DNA from: an uncultured Clostridia bacterium
GTDB taxonomy: Bacteria; Bacillota; Clostridia; UBA1212; SIG427
DNA: 64,000 bases
Direction: 5' to 3'
NCBI GenBank assembly: GCA_945965275.1
Contig: CAMFNB010000001.1
Location: 25,221-89,220, forward strand
Both the position numbers and the translations under genes were made by a program. The notes under the pieces are model-generated. The model saw nothing but the letters and a program-made list of their open reading frames with translations. It had not been told where the DNA came from and made no database searches. Shown piece by piece: positions 19,180-28,844 of the stretch (its first letter is position 1; the number at the start of each line of letters is the position of its first letter).

Positions 19180-20700
19180 ATGTTCCCTGTTATGATTCAT
19201 CTTTCCAAATCAAAATTTTTGAATCTTCACCAATGTCCGAAAAGGTATTGGCTTAACGAGAACAGCCCGGAGCTTGCATTTTACGATTCTTCTGAGGAAG
19301 CTCGTTTCGAAGCAGGTAACGAGGTGGGCGATCTCGCCTGCGGTTTGTTTGGTCCTTTTGTAAATGTTGAAGCATTTAAAGAGGACGGTCAAATCGATGT
19401 TCCCGCCATGCTTAAAAGAACGGCTGAAGAAATCGATAAGGGAACTGATGTCATCTGCGAAGCTGCATTCTCATATAAAGGAATGTATTGCGCAGTAGAC
19501 ATACTTCGTCGCGATCCGGAAAACCCGGAGGGCTGGCTGCTTTACGAGGTTAAAAGTTCCACCCACAATGAAAAGGATGTTTACATTGCGGACGTCGCAT
19601 ATCAAAAATATGTTTTGGAACACCTCGGGTTGAGGGTAAATTGTGTTTTTACCGTCTGCATAAATTCAGATTATGTCTTTGACGGTACCATTGATTTGAA
19701 GCAATTCTTCAAGGTTGTTGATGTCACTGATAAGGCACTCGGTATTATGGAAACCATACCGAAAAATCTGGCTGTTGCCGAGGAAATTTCAGGGGCTGAC
19801 ACGGAGCCCGAGATTGATATCGGCAAGCAATGCTTTACGCCTTATGATTGCCCCTTCTGGGAGCACTGCAGTAAAAGCCTGCCGACCCCTTCTGTCTTTG
19901 ACCTCACTCTTATGCCTTTGGAAAGACGAGTCAATTACTATAAGAAAGGTGTCCTTTCATTTGAAGACCTTGCTGCAACCGGGGATTCCTTCAGCGAAAG
20001 ACTAACCCGCCAAGTTGATTATGCCCTTCATGATCAGGGCGCATATATAGATAAAGAAGGTATTCGTTCTTTTTTAAAGACATTGTCTTATCCTCTCTAC
20101 TTTCTGGATTTCGAAACCATGATGCTTCCGGTTCCGAAATATCCGGGCACTAAGCCCTATCAGCAAATACCGTTTCAGTACTCTCTTCACTATATCGAGT
20201 ATGAAGGCGGTCCTTTGATGCACAGGGAATTTCTCGGAGACTCTGTTCACGACCCTCGGCGTGCCATTGCCGAAAGCCTTTGCAGAGACATTCCCGCTGA
20301 CGTTTGTGTTACTGCATACAATATGTCTTTTGAAAGCAGTCGTCTTAAGGAACTTGCCAAAGACTTTCCTGACCTTGCGGAACATTTAATAAGTATCGCT
20401 GCAAACCTCAGGGACTTCATCGTCCCGTTCCGTCAGGGCTTCTATTACAATGCCGCGATGGGAGGTTCATTCTCAATCAAGTCAGTACTTCCGGCTCTTT
20501 TCCCGGATGACCCGTCTCTTGATTATCACAACTTAGAAGGAGTTCATAACGGAAATGAAGCGAAGGAGATTTATCCTCTCATTGCCGATATGTCACCGGC
20601 AGATCAGGAACTGACCCGTAAAAGCCTTCTTAAGTACTGCGAGCTTGACACATACGCAATGGTCAGGGTTTGGCAGGATCTTGAGCGTGTGTCACACTAA
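19180..20700 (+). CDS. DUF2779-like domain protein
   Basis: N-terminal LSKSKFLNLHQCPKRYWL matches the characteristic DUF2779 start (SKSxF..G.QC.KRLWL). Confidence 0.5.
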   Translation: MFPVMIHLSKSKFLNLHQCPKRYWLNENSPELAFYDSSEEARFEAGNEVGDLACGLFGPFVNVEAFKEDGQIDVPAMLKRTAEEIDKGTDVICEAAFSYKGMYCAVDILRRDPENPEGWLLYEVKSSTHNEKDVYIADVAYQKYVLEHLGLRVNCVFTVCINSDYVFDGTIDLKQFFKVVDVTDKALGIMETIPKNLAVAEEISGADTEPEIDIGKQCFTPYDCPFWEHCSKSLPTPSVFDLTLMPLERRVNYYKKGVLSFEDLAATGDSFSERLTRQVDYALHDQGAYIDKEGIRSFLKTLSYPLYFLDFETMMLPVPKYPGTKPYQQIPFQYSLHYIEYEGGPLMHREFLGDSVHDPRRAIAESLCRDIPADVCVTAYNMSFESSRLKELAKDFPDLAEHLISIAANLRDFIVPFRQGFYYNAAMGGSFSIKSVLPALFPDDPSLDYHNLEGVHNGNEAKEIYPLIADMSPADQELTRKSLLKYCELDTYAMVRVWQDLERVSH

Positions 20701-21024
20701 TCAGCTCACATCAGCATCCTCAAACTTAAACTCGTCTTCATAGTAGTAACCCTCTGAAGATTTGTGTATGCCCATACCGAGTTTACTTAAGGACATCAGA
20801 TGTCTTCCAAGCGCTTTTCTTTCAATAACAACCTCAAAAGGCATTTTCGCCAGCCTTCTGATAAGTTCAGCCTGACGCATCGGGTGCTTTTTGTCAGTCT
20901 GTCTCTCTAATATCATATAGATAAAGAGAGGAACATTTGCCTTGCGGCTGTTTGCTTTTTTCTCGGCCGGAGCCTGAGATTTATCAAATTTCTCATAACA
21001 ATCAATCTTAAAAACTTTTGCCAT
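20701..21024 (-). CDS. small winged-HTH protein (likely start MAKVFK; ORF extends to 21111)
   Basis: C-terminal segment RQAELIRRLAKMPFEVVIERKALGRHLMSLSKLG resembles the wHTH of the WYL regulators; AAGAAAGG RBS before Met-30. Confidence 0.4.
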   Translation of the reverse strand: MAKVFKIDCYEKFDKSQAPAEKKANSRKANVPLFIYMILERQTDKKHPMRQAELIRRLAKMPFEVVIERKALGRHLMSLSKLGMGIHKSSEGYYYEDEFKFEDADVS

Positions 21025-21135
21025 TTTCTTGTGCCTTTCTTTTGTAAATCCTCGAAAAAGTGAGTCGCGTATAAAGCCTCCCGGTAAAAAGAGGTTTTGC
21101 TCCTGTTGCAATATTCAGTTGTTCAGAACTTTTTG

Positions 21136-21957
21136 TCACTTGTAGCAGCAAAAACGTGACACGAACTTTTTCGTAACTTCCAGTTCCTCGCCTTCAAGGT
21201 ACTGAAGTGCCTTCTCTGCAATGTCCTGCGGTATTCCGTAGAATGCTTCAGCCACTGCTCCCGTGATACAGGCAAGTGTGTCGGAGTCTCCTCCCACAGA
21301 TACTGCCGTCTTGATTGAATCTTCGAAATCCGTCGACTCGATGAAAGCAACTAATGCCTGGGGAACTGTTTCCTGACAGGTTTCATTGAACTCATAAGTC
21401 GGTCTGATTTCGGCGATGCTCTTTTTAAAAGCATCGGGGTAGTAATTGTTTTCGATATATAATTTTATTTCTTCTTTGCTGCTGCCTGTACGCGCCAGAT
21501 AAATTGCGGCTGCTGTACATTCAGCTCCTTTAATACCCTCAGGGTGATTGTGAGTCACCTCTGCGGTGAGTCTTCCGATGCGGATCGCATCTTCGAGACT
21601 TTCTGCAGCCCAGCCTGCAGGCGCACATCTCATTGCACTGCCGTTGCCGAAGCTGTTGTATGGCTCCCTTTCTTTATGTAAAAGCCACCGGTAAAAATGT
21701 CCGCCGTATCCGGCGTCCATGTCTGCTCTTCCGAACTTATGCATTGAATCAATAAGTTCTTCCTTAAAAGCAGGCTCATCATCAGTCCCGATTTTCATAA
21801 TTGCGTCTGCCACCGCGATTGTCATCACGGAGTCGTCGGTGCGAAAACAGGCGTCACGCGCAATGTCATCGTTTCCGAATAAATCGAATTCTTTACTTCT
21901 GTGGTTATTCCACTCGAAACGGCTTCCCGCTATATCGCCGATAATTGCACCTAACAT
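21136..21957 (-). CDS. ADP-ribosylglycohydrolase family protein (DraG/ARH-like)
   Basis: N-terminus MLGAIIGDIAGSRFEW and overall pattern typical of ARH family. Confidence 0.85.
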   Translation of the reverse strand: MLGAIIGDIAGSRFEWNNHRSKEFDLFGNDDIARDACFRTDDSVMTIAVADAIMKIGTDDEPAFKEELIDSMHKFGRADMDAGYGGHFYRWLLHKEREPYNSFGNGSAMRCAPAGWAAESLEDAIRIGRLTAEVTHNHPEGIKGAECTAAAIYLARTGSSKEEIKLYIENNYYPDAFKKSIAEIRPTYEFNETCQETVPQALVAFIESTDFEDSIKTAVSVGGDSDTLACITGAVAEAFYGIPQDIAEKALQYLEGEELEVTKKFVSRFCCYK

Positions 21958-22253
21958 TTTTAACGCTCCTTCCTGAAAATCGTGACTATATAATATACAG
22001 TATCCGGAATCAAATTCCCTTCTTTTTTTTCAGGAATTCTTTCCGAAGTATATACTATACTTTTAAAAGTCCGTTAAAACGGCCATTTAAAAATATGTAT
22101 ATTTCAAAGATCAAGGACGGATTCAAAACCGTCGCTATATATTATACGAAGCGACAGTCGCAAATCCCTTTTTTCTTTTTTCAAATTTCTTTCGTAAATT
22201 TCATGCGTACATTATATCAAATACCATGTGTCATTTTTGGTGCATGAATTAAA

Positions 22254-22895
22254 TTATTTTCTTTCTTCGTAATCCTGCACGATTTTTGCACACCAATCTT
22301 TCTGAATACGTTTGTTGCTTCTTATTTTACCGACGTTTTCCGCAACACAGTCATATAAAACAGCAGTACCGGCCTTATCCGCATGATAGTTAACTGCTCT
22401 GTCCTCGCGGATTCCGAAAGACTTTGCGGTTTCCACTGCATCAATGTTCGCTCCGATGAAAAGGAATTCCCACTTCTTTTTGTCTGTGAGCATTTTGATT
22501 TTCTTTTTCACGTCATCAGAAGAAAACTTTCTGCTGGCATTTTCCATACCGTCGGTTGTGATTACAAACATTGTGTGTGACGGCACATCCTCGGGACGTG
22601 CATATTTGTGAATTGTTTCAATGTGCTCAATGCTCTGACCGATTGCATCGATGAGTGCGGTGCAGCCTCTGACATAATATTCTTTTTCAGTAAGCTTAGG
22701 CACATCATTTAATTTGATTCTGTCGTGAATTGTTTCAACCCGGTCATCAAAGAGTACGGTTGTGATAAAGCACTCGCCCTCTTCTTTTTTCTGTTTCTCA
22801 ACAAGAGAGTTGAATCCTCCGATGGTGTCGGCTTCAAGTCCGCCCATAGATCCGCTTCTGTCTAAAATAAATACAAGTTCTGTGGTGTTGTTCAT
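22254..22895 (-). CDS. von Willebrand factor A (vWA) domain protein
   Basis: MIDAS motif DRSGSMGG at N-terminus, vWA-like fold pattern. Confidence 0.8.
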   Translation of the reverse strand: MNNTTELVFILDRSGSMGGLEADTIGGFNSLVEKQKKEEGECFITTVLFDDRVETIHDRIKLNDVPKLTEKEYYVRGCTALIDAIGQSIEHIETIHKYARPEDVPSHTMFVITTDGMENASRKFSSDDVKKKIKMLTDKKKWEFLFIGANIDAVETAKSFGIREDRAVNYHADKAGTAVLYDCVAENVGKIRSNKRIQKDWCAKIVQDYEERK

Positions 22896-23048
22896 TATAC
22901 TGTCCTCCTGTAAAAAAATAGAGTAATCGGTGTTTTCACCTTACGAGAACAGTTTAATATTTTTGCGCAGGCAATAGGTCGCTTCGCATGCGACAATTTG
23001 ACAACCTCCCCGGCGTGTATTACAATGTAATACGTAAGGAGTGATATT

Positions 23049-23270
23049 ATGGCAATTTCATTACGGCTCAGCGACGAAGATTCAACATTAATAAAAGACT
23101 ACGCAAAGGTTCACGGCATAAGTGTTTCTGAACTTATACGTCAGGCTGTCATGGAAAAAATAGAAGACGAATATGATTTAAAAGCATACGAAAAAGCAAT
23201 GAAAAAATATCAGTCCAATCCGAAGACCTATACTCTGGATGAGGTGGAAAAGGAATTGGGTCTGGTCTGA
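23049..23270 (+). CDS. relB: type II antitoxin, RelB/DinJ (RHH) family
   Basis: 73 aa, AISLRLSDEDSTLIKDYAKVHGISVSELIRQAV; 1-nt overlap with RelE-like gene. Confidence 0.7.
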   Translation: MAISLRLSDEDSTLIKDYAKVHGISVSELIRQAVMEKIEDEYDLKAYEKAMKKYQSNPKTYTLDEVEKELGLV

Positions 23271-23533
23271 TGTTTGTTGTAAAATTTACCTCTGATTGTT
23301 TAAAACAACTGAAAAAACTTGATAAGGGAACTGCCTCACTTATCACAGGATGGATTCGCAAAAATCTGGAAGGAACTGCAAATCCGCGTCAGCACGGCAA
23401 ATCGCTTACCGGCGATAAGTCCGGAAGATGGAGATATCGAATCGGCGATTACAGATTGATTTGTAATATTCAGGACAAAGAGCTGGTTATTTTGGCATTA
23501 AAGGTCGGTCACAGAAAAGATATATATAAGTAA
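23270..23533 (+). CDS. relE: type II toxin, RelE/ParE family
   Basis: 87 aa, WRYRIGDYRLICNIQDKELVILALKVGHRKDIY. Confidence 0.75.
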   Translation: MFVVKFTSDCLKQLKKLDKGTASLITGWIRKNLEGTANPRQHGKSLTGDKSGRWRYRIGDYRLICNIQDKELVILALKVGHRKDIYK

Positions 23534-23562
23534 GCACGTAACTGATTGTTATGTGCTTTTAT

Positions 23563-24141
23563 TTATGCTGCAAATAACGGCAAATCTCTTTCTGCCAGTG
23601 CGTCATCTATTTTGTAAATATCGTAGATGCCTTCTCTGATGAAATATTCAACAACAACGTCGAATAACAAGGAAGGAGACAATGTGTAGCCGGCTCTTCT
23701 GAGCAGGTCATTTGTCTCGTGTATGTCAAGCTCCAACGCAATGGCAAATGCAAGCGCCGTTTTTTTGGTCGGCTTGTAGTTATAGTCACTGCGCATTTTA
23801 GAAAACAATCGTCTGTCAATGTATGCCTTCTGATAGCATTCGACATCCGTCATGCCTTTTTGATCAATATATTTGAAAAGAGTTTCCACAAAAGTCTGTT
23901 CTGTATGAAACTCCTGAGGTGCGGCTGCTTCAAAAGATATTTTCCTGCTTACTTTTTCCTTCTGCCTTGCCTTTGAATCGGCAATCATCGCCCTGAGAGC
24001 TTTGCCGACAGGGCCCTTTGCGTTGCAAATAATTTCTTCGTCGCTTATGACCGGTGCAAACTCCGTGCCGCATTCTGCAACTGCAAGCGGCGGAGTCGGT
24101 TTCGGTTTATATGTTTTTGAAATGAATTCTTCAAGTGTCAT
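23563..24141 (-). CDS. hypothetical protein with C-terminal HTH-like region
   Basis: ORF; KKTALAFAIALELDIHETNDLLRRAGYTLS segment. Confidence 0.4.
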   Translation of the reverse strand: MTLEEFISKTYKPKPTPPLAVAECGTEFAPVISDEEIICNAKGPVGKALRAMIADSKARQKEKVSRKISFEAAAPQEFHTEQTFVETLFKYIDQKGMTDVECYQKAYIDRRLFSKMRSDYNYKPTKKTALAFAIALELDIHETNDLLRRAGYTLSPSLLFDVVVEYFIREGIYDIYKIDDALAERDLPLFAA

Positions 24142-24158
24142 TTTGCGTTCACCTCTTG

Positions 24159-24920
24159 TTATACAAGTATCATCTTTTTACCGGAAATGTCAATAACAAG
24201 AGTATCAAAATACAGTTCTTCTGCACCCATTATGGCCGTATCTTCGGGCAGGTTGTATGCGCCTTGAATCCTCGGATTCGTGCAGAATCTGAGTTTGAAG
24301 TCTTTGCCTGCGATTTTTGTTTCAACATTGTAATATACGCGGGACGTATCCCACTCATTTTGAAGAGCAAAATAGTCTTCTGTCGTGCCGCTGCTCTCAA
24401 GGCCAGCAAGCACGGACGGCGCGGCATAGCTGTTTGATGCACCTGTGTCAAGGAAGGCCGTAACCAGTCTGCCGTTTACCTCTGCATCAAAACTCAAAAT
24501 ACCTCGGGCCGTTTTGAGCGGCACGGTAATCGCATCTCTCATGCCTTCAAATTTATCTGTAAACTCTATCGTGCCGTGGTCTTTATGGTATTCGCGAAGA
24601 TTCTCGATTTTTTTAAGCTGCTCTTCATCGGCAATTTCAGCAATATCGAAAAAGCAAATGTCTTTTTCTATTACCACGGTAAAAAGGGAAATAATATCAA
24701 GGCCGATTATGCCGTCAACCTTCTCGTCAACCAGTTTTTCAGTGTTTTCTTTCATGCCGGGAATCGGTGATGCCTTAAGCTGAAAACTTTTATTTCCCAC
24801 CTCGATCTTGCCGGGATTTTCGAAAAAGAACGAAGAAGGACTGCCGGTGTCGAGAAGCATACTTTTACCGTCAATCTCAAAAACATAATGTCTGTTGCTG
24901 AACACAAGCGGATATTTCAT
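24159..24920 (-). CDS. aspartic peptidase with two DTG active-site motifs (pepsin/retropepsin-like, single-chain pseudo-dimer)
   Basis: MLLDTGSPSSFFF and TAFLDTGASNSYA ~125 aa apart, each hydrophobic-hydrophobic-D-T-G-S/A. Confidence 0.6.
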   Translation of the reverse strand: MKYPLVFSNRHYVFEIDGKSMLLDTGSPSSFFFENPGKIEVGNKSFQLKASPIPGMKENTEKLVDEKVDGIIGLDIISLFTVVIEKDICFFDIAEIADEEQLKKIENLREYHKDHGTIEFTDKFEGMRDAITVPLKTARGILSFDAEVNGRLVTAFLDTGASNSYAAPSVLAGLESSGTTEDYFALQNEWDTSRVYYNVETKIAGKDFKLRFCTNPRIQGAYNLPEDTAIMGAEELYFDTLVIDISGKKMILV

Positions 24921-25193
24921 ATATTTCCCCTTTCGGTTTTGTAATTTAAAATTGCGGCATGAAACCGAACTTCCGCCGCAAAAAAGTTTTCTCGATGATT
25001 CGCTCGGACGAGCCCTCGTTGGAACCTTACGTTAAACATATTACCAGGATAACCGGGCATAAGACTGAATAAACGGGTCAATAAAAAATAAAGGATCCAT
25101 GAGATTCGTGTCCGACCTGCCGAAAGCGGCAGGTGAATCACCGACGGAAAAATATTAAGTTTTAATTATTCTCTGCGCTTTGGGCAGAGCATC

Positions 25194-25700
25194 TTAAATA
25201 TTAACTTCAAAAGTTTCAGTTAAATTTAATTTATCAAGTGCTTTCTGCGCACGCGTTAAATAATTATTTAACTTTTTATACTCTTCAGTAACCTGCTCTT
25301 TATTGTAGTTTGTATATCTGTAATCAATATAAGTTGTTGCTTTGTTGTATGCTTCTACTCTTTCGCGCTCAGGCGCAAAATACATTTCACGCAGCTTGCT
25401 TACTCTTTCTGTAAGCTGCGGCATATACACCAGCATCTCATCAACTGTTTTGTCAAAGCCGGGCAAAACAGTTGTTGTGTTAAACACGTTTACTGCGTGC
25501 TTAATCTTACGTATTTTTTCTTCATATTCACACAGTTTTTTCTGTGTCTCTGCAAAATCATATGCAGGACGCAGCTCTTCTGCATTCTCAATGTTTGCAG
25601 CATTAAACATGCTGTTGTTCTCTTCGTCTTTTAATAAAAGACGAATATCTCTCTGTATTGTCTTAACCATTGTAATAGCATCTGAAACTGTCATCTTCAT
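25194..25700 (-). CDS. hypothetical protein (start at MKMTVSD; AAAGGTGG RBS)
   Basis: ORF with RBS. Confidence 0.4.
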   Translation of the reverse strand: MKMTVSDAITMVKTIQRDIRLLLKDEENNSMFNAANIENAEELRPAYDFAETQKKLCEYEEKIRKIKHAVNVFNTTTVLPGFDKTVDEMLVYMPQLTERVSKLREMYFAPERERVEAYNKATTYIDYRYTNYNKEQVTEEYKKLNNYLTRAQKALDKLNLTETFEVNI

Positions 25701-26069
25701 AGTGTTTTCCACCTTTCTGTAAAATATTATTTTGTTTTGTCGAAACTTTAGCAAAGGCCGTGCGACATAAGTGTCGCAGGCTGCTTGTGAGAGGTAAATA
25801 ATTATGATTTGTTTGGTTGATTGGTTTATGTGATTGATTATGCGAATATCATATCACAGTGCTTTCAAAAAATCATGTAAATGACTTTTACGGGCTTTAT
25901 TATATCAAAGCCATGTGACACATTCGGTACATAAAAATAAATCAGGAACGGAATGCATACAATAAATGTGAAAAGATCGGTCGTCGGTAAAAACAAAATA
26001 TCTTCCCTTGTTGTGTCTGCTTCGTTCATGTTAGAATAACAAAAGAGCTCGTTATTATACGAAAAGGGT

Positions 26070-26741
26070 GTGAACACTTTGAAGCGTTCGATTAAAGAAA
26101 CAGTTTTAAGACTCATCATTTTATTGTTTGGCCTTACCGTTGCACATTTTGGCGTAACACTTTTCCTGCTTGCCGATATCGGCTCCGATCCGTTTAATGT
26201 TTTGGTTCAGGGAATATTCAGAACCCTAAGCGGTTTCTGGTCCTTCTCTCTTTTGACACACGGAAATGTGCATATCGTAATGTGCTTTATTATTATCATT
26301 GCTCTGTTGTTCATCGACAGAAGCTATATAAAAATCGGAACTCTTGTCTGCATGCTCTGCGGCGGACCAATCATAGATTTCTTCACTTGGATACTGAATC
26401 CCCTGGGCATCGGCGGCACAGCACTCTGGGTAAAAATACTCTGCAATATCGCAGGCTGCGTGATTCTTGCAATCGGCATGGGCTTGGTTATTAAGACAGA
26501 TGCCGGCACCGGACCTAACGACCTGGTTGCAGTTGTAATCAGCGACAAGAGTCATAAGAAATTCGGAGTTATCAGAATAATAACCGATCTTCTCTTTATC
26601 TTAATCGGCTGGCTGCTTGGCGGCTCCGTGGGAATCGGAACGGTTATCTGTGCTTTCTTAGTCGGTCCTGTTGCGGACATCATGATGAAATTTGAGAAAC
26701 CGCTTGTTGATAAAATAATCGGAGTGTTTATAAATAAGTAA
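26070..26741 (+). CDS. integral membrane protein (YczE/YitT-like, ~6 TM)
   Basis: Hydropathy of translation. Confidence 0.5.
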   Translation: MNTLKRSIKETVLRLIILLFGLTVAHFGVTLFLLADIGSDPFNVLVQGIFRTLSGFWSFSLLTHGNVHIVMCFIIIIALLFIDRSYIKIGTLVCMLCGGPIIDFFTWILNPLGIGGTALWVKILCNIAGCVILAIGMGLVIKTDAGTGPNDLVAVVISDKSHKKFGVIRIITDLLFILIGWLLGGSVGIGTVICAFLVGPVADIMMKFEKPLVDKIIGVFINK

Positions 26742-26829
26742 TAAAACGCATCTGTCATCTTGTTGATTTTGCGTCCCTCATGTTAAAATATTTTTATTGA
26801 TCCGTATTAACAAAAAAGGAAGAAAAAAT

Positions 26830-28746
26830 ATGAACGCAATGAAAAAATTCGCATTTGTTTTGGCGCTGGTTATGCTTCTCAGCATGATTCCTTCAGTTGC
26901 CGCATCACCCTCTCCAGGTCTCCTCATTTCTGAGGTTTGCTACAATCCGCCGAACTTAACCGCATCTGATACTTACGAGTATATCGAAGTTGTCAATGTT
27001 TCAGATAAAGATATCGATATTTCGGGTTGCTATTTTACCGCAGCCCACGACGATGAGGAAGCAAAGAGAAATGATCTTGTAACTTATTCATCTTCTCCTG
27101 TGCTTCACCCCGACCAGGTTGCAGTCTTCCTTATATATCAGCTTTCAACTTCAAAAGAAGGCGTCGGCTATGCAAACGCAGCCGAAACGGAGACTCTTCG
27201 TCAGGCCTTCAATACAGCCTTCAAATCAAATGTTGATGCTGACTCATTCTTTGTAATTCCCCGTGCAAATAGCGGCGGTTCAAATATGAGCACCTGCTTT
27301 GCACTTAGCAATACTGCCGAAAAAACAGAAATAAAAATGTTCAGCAAAGACGGTGCTGTTATTGCTCAGGCAATTTACAGCCCGGCAAAAAATAACAGGA
27401 ACGGTTACAGCGTAGGCTTCTCAAGGACTGCAGAAGAACCAAATCGTGTATTCGGTCTCGTTGCAATGACGCCCGGCAGTTTTCCCCAGGGATTATATAA
27501 AGAGACTGTCGGTGATTTTACCGTGCCTATTAAAGCGATGACATATAACATCTGCGCATCAGGCGTTAAAGGAGACAAGGTTTCTGTGGATAAGGCGGAC
27601 GAGGGCATTCCGGATGCTTCTCTCTATATCGCAAACAGAGCTGACAAAATCATTTCCGTTATTAAGGAAGAGTCTCCTGACCTTCTCACCCTTAATGAGG
27701 TAAACGGCGAATGGTGGAAACTTCTCGAGCCGGTCCTTTCAGAGGAGTACGGATACTTCGGATACACAAACCAGGATCACGAGATTTCGGGTTCTCTCAC
27801 ATACAAGTGGGATATTGCTCCGGTGGTTCTCTATAAGAAAACCCGTTTTACCGAGATAAACAAATACCGTTTCTTCCAGTCAACAGATTCAAGGCTTATC
27901 AAAGCGGCAACCAATATGGCCATCCTTCAGGAGAATGAGACAGGCGCCCAGCTTGTGTTTGTGTCACAGCACATGACAACGGAAAGCGATGCATTAAGAC
28001 AGGAAGCCGTTGATATAACAATGGGAATGATTAATTCAAAGGGTCGCAATCTTCCTGTTATTATCATGGGCGACTACAACACATATGAAGGAACAGGCTC
28101 ATATAACAAGTTCCTTTCTTACGGCCTTACTGATGCCGCTGTAATGAATCCGTATATTTCAAGAACAGGCTCATATACCGACTGGAATCCGGAAGGACTG
28201 AGAGATGTAAATATTTATCTTCCTATTGATATCGCAATGTTTTCAACAGGAGACTTCAAGGTTCTCTCGTACAAGAACAGAATTGATCAGCTTTCTTCAG
28301 GCTATACTTATTCTGACCACATCCCGCTCATTCTTGAACTCGAAATGGTGAATAAGGTAACTGACCCGTTCAAGCTTGTAAAAGATGCCGCTGTATCAAT
28401 TAAGAACGGTTACTTCTTCTGCGAACATGATTTGACGGTAGCAGACGGTATGAAGTCTTTCCTGACTCCGGATGCTTACGAGACTGACTGCATTCAGTTT
28501 ATGTCTACCGGTAAAAAAATCACACGAAAAACAGATTCATCAACCGCACTTACTGTCATCGCGCGCTGCGATGTTTCAGGTGACGGTAAAATAACATCAG
28601 CTGACTACCTTATGATTAAGAAGAGTTTTAACGGAAGCCTTACTCTTAATGAGGTTCAGACTCTTGCAGCAGACTGCAACTCTGATACAAAGATTACTTC
28701 CGCTGACTACTTAACAATAAGAAAGATTTTCAAGGGCCAGGCATAA
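26830..28746 (+). CDS. secreted lamin-tail domain + endonuclease/exonuclease/phosphatase (EEP) domain protein with C-terminal type I dockerin
   Basis: Signal peptide; LTD (LLISEVCYNPP...YEYIEVVNVSD); EEP (KAMTYNIC...); dockerin repeats DVSGDGKITSADYLMIKK and DCNSDTKITSADYLTIRK. Confidence 0.75.
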   Translation: MNAMKKFAFVLALVMLLSMIPSVAASPSPGLLISEVCYNPPNLTASDTYEYIEVVNVSDKDIDISGCYFTAAHDDEEAKRNDLVTYSSSPVLHPDQVAVFLIYQLSTSKEGVGYANAAETETLRQAFNTAFKSNVDADSFFVIPRANSGGSNMSTCFALSNTAEKTEIKMFSKDGAVIAQAIYSPAKNNRNGYSVGFSRTAEEPNRVFGLVAMTPGSFPQGLYKETVGDFTVPIKAMTYNICASGVKGDKVSVDKADEGIPDASLYIANRADKIISVIKEESPDLLTLNEVNGEWWKLLEPVLSEEYGYFGYTNQDHEISGSLTYKWDIAPVVLYKKTRFTEINKYRFFQSTDSRLIKAATNMAILQENETGAQLVFVSQHMTTESDALRQEAVDITMGMINSKGRNLPVIIMGDYNTYEGTGSYNKFLSYGLTDAAVMNPYISRTGSYTDWNPEGLRDVNIYLPIDIAMFSTGDFKVLSYKNRIDQLSSGYTYSDHIPLILELEMVNKVTDPFKLVKDAAVSIKNGYFFCEHDLTVADGMKSFLTPDAYETDCIQFMSTGKKITRKTDSSTALTVIARCDVSGDGKITSADYLMIKKSFNGSLTLNEVQTLAADCNSDTKITSADYLTIRKIFKGQA

Positions 28747-28769
28747 TATAATACGTTGGTTATATTCAC

Positions 28770-28800
28770 GGGCGATGTACCTTTGTACATCGCCCTTTTT
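28770..28800 (+). terminator. rho-independent terminator
   Basis: gggcgatgtac/gtacatcgccc 11-bp stem, cttt loop, TTTTT. Confidence 0.6.
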
Positions 28801-28844
28801 GTGTGTCTTTTTACCGACTTGGGAAATAAATTGAAATTTTCTTT

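Noticed and set aside
21945-22247. 100-aa ORF in the ARH/vWA intergenic region
   Set aside because: Low-complexity translation, spans T-rich promoter-like sequence, no RBS; likely non-coding
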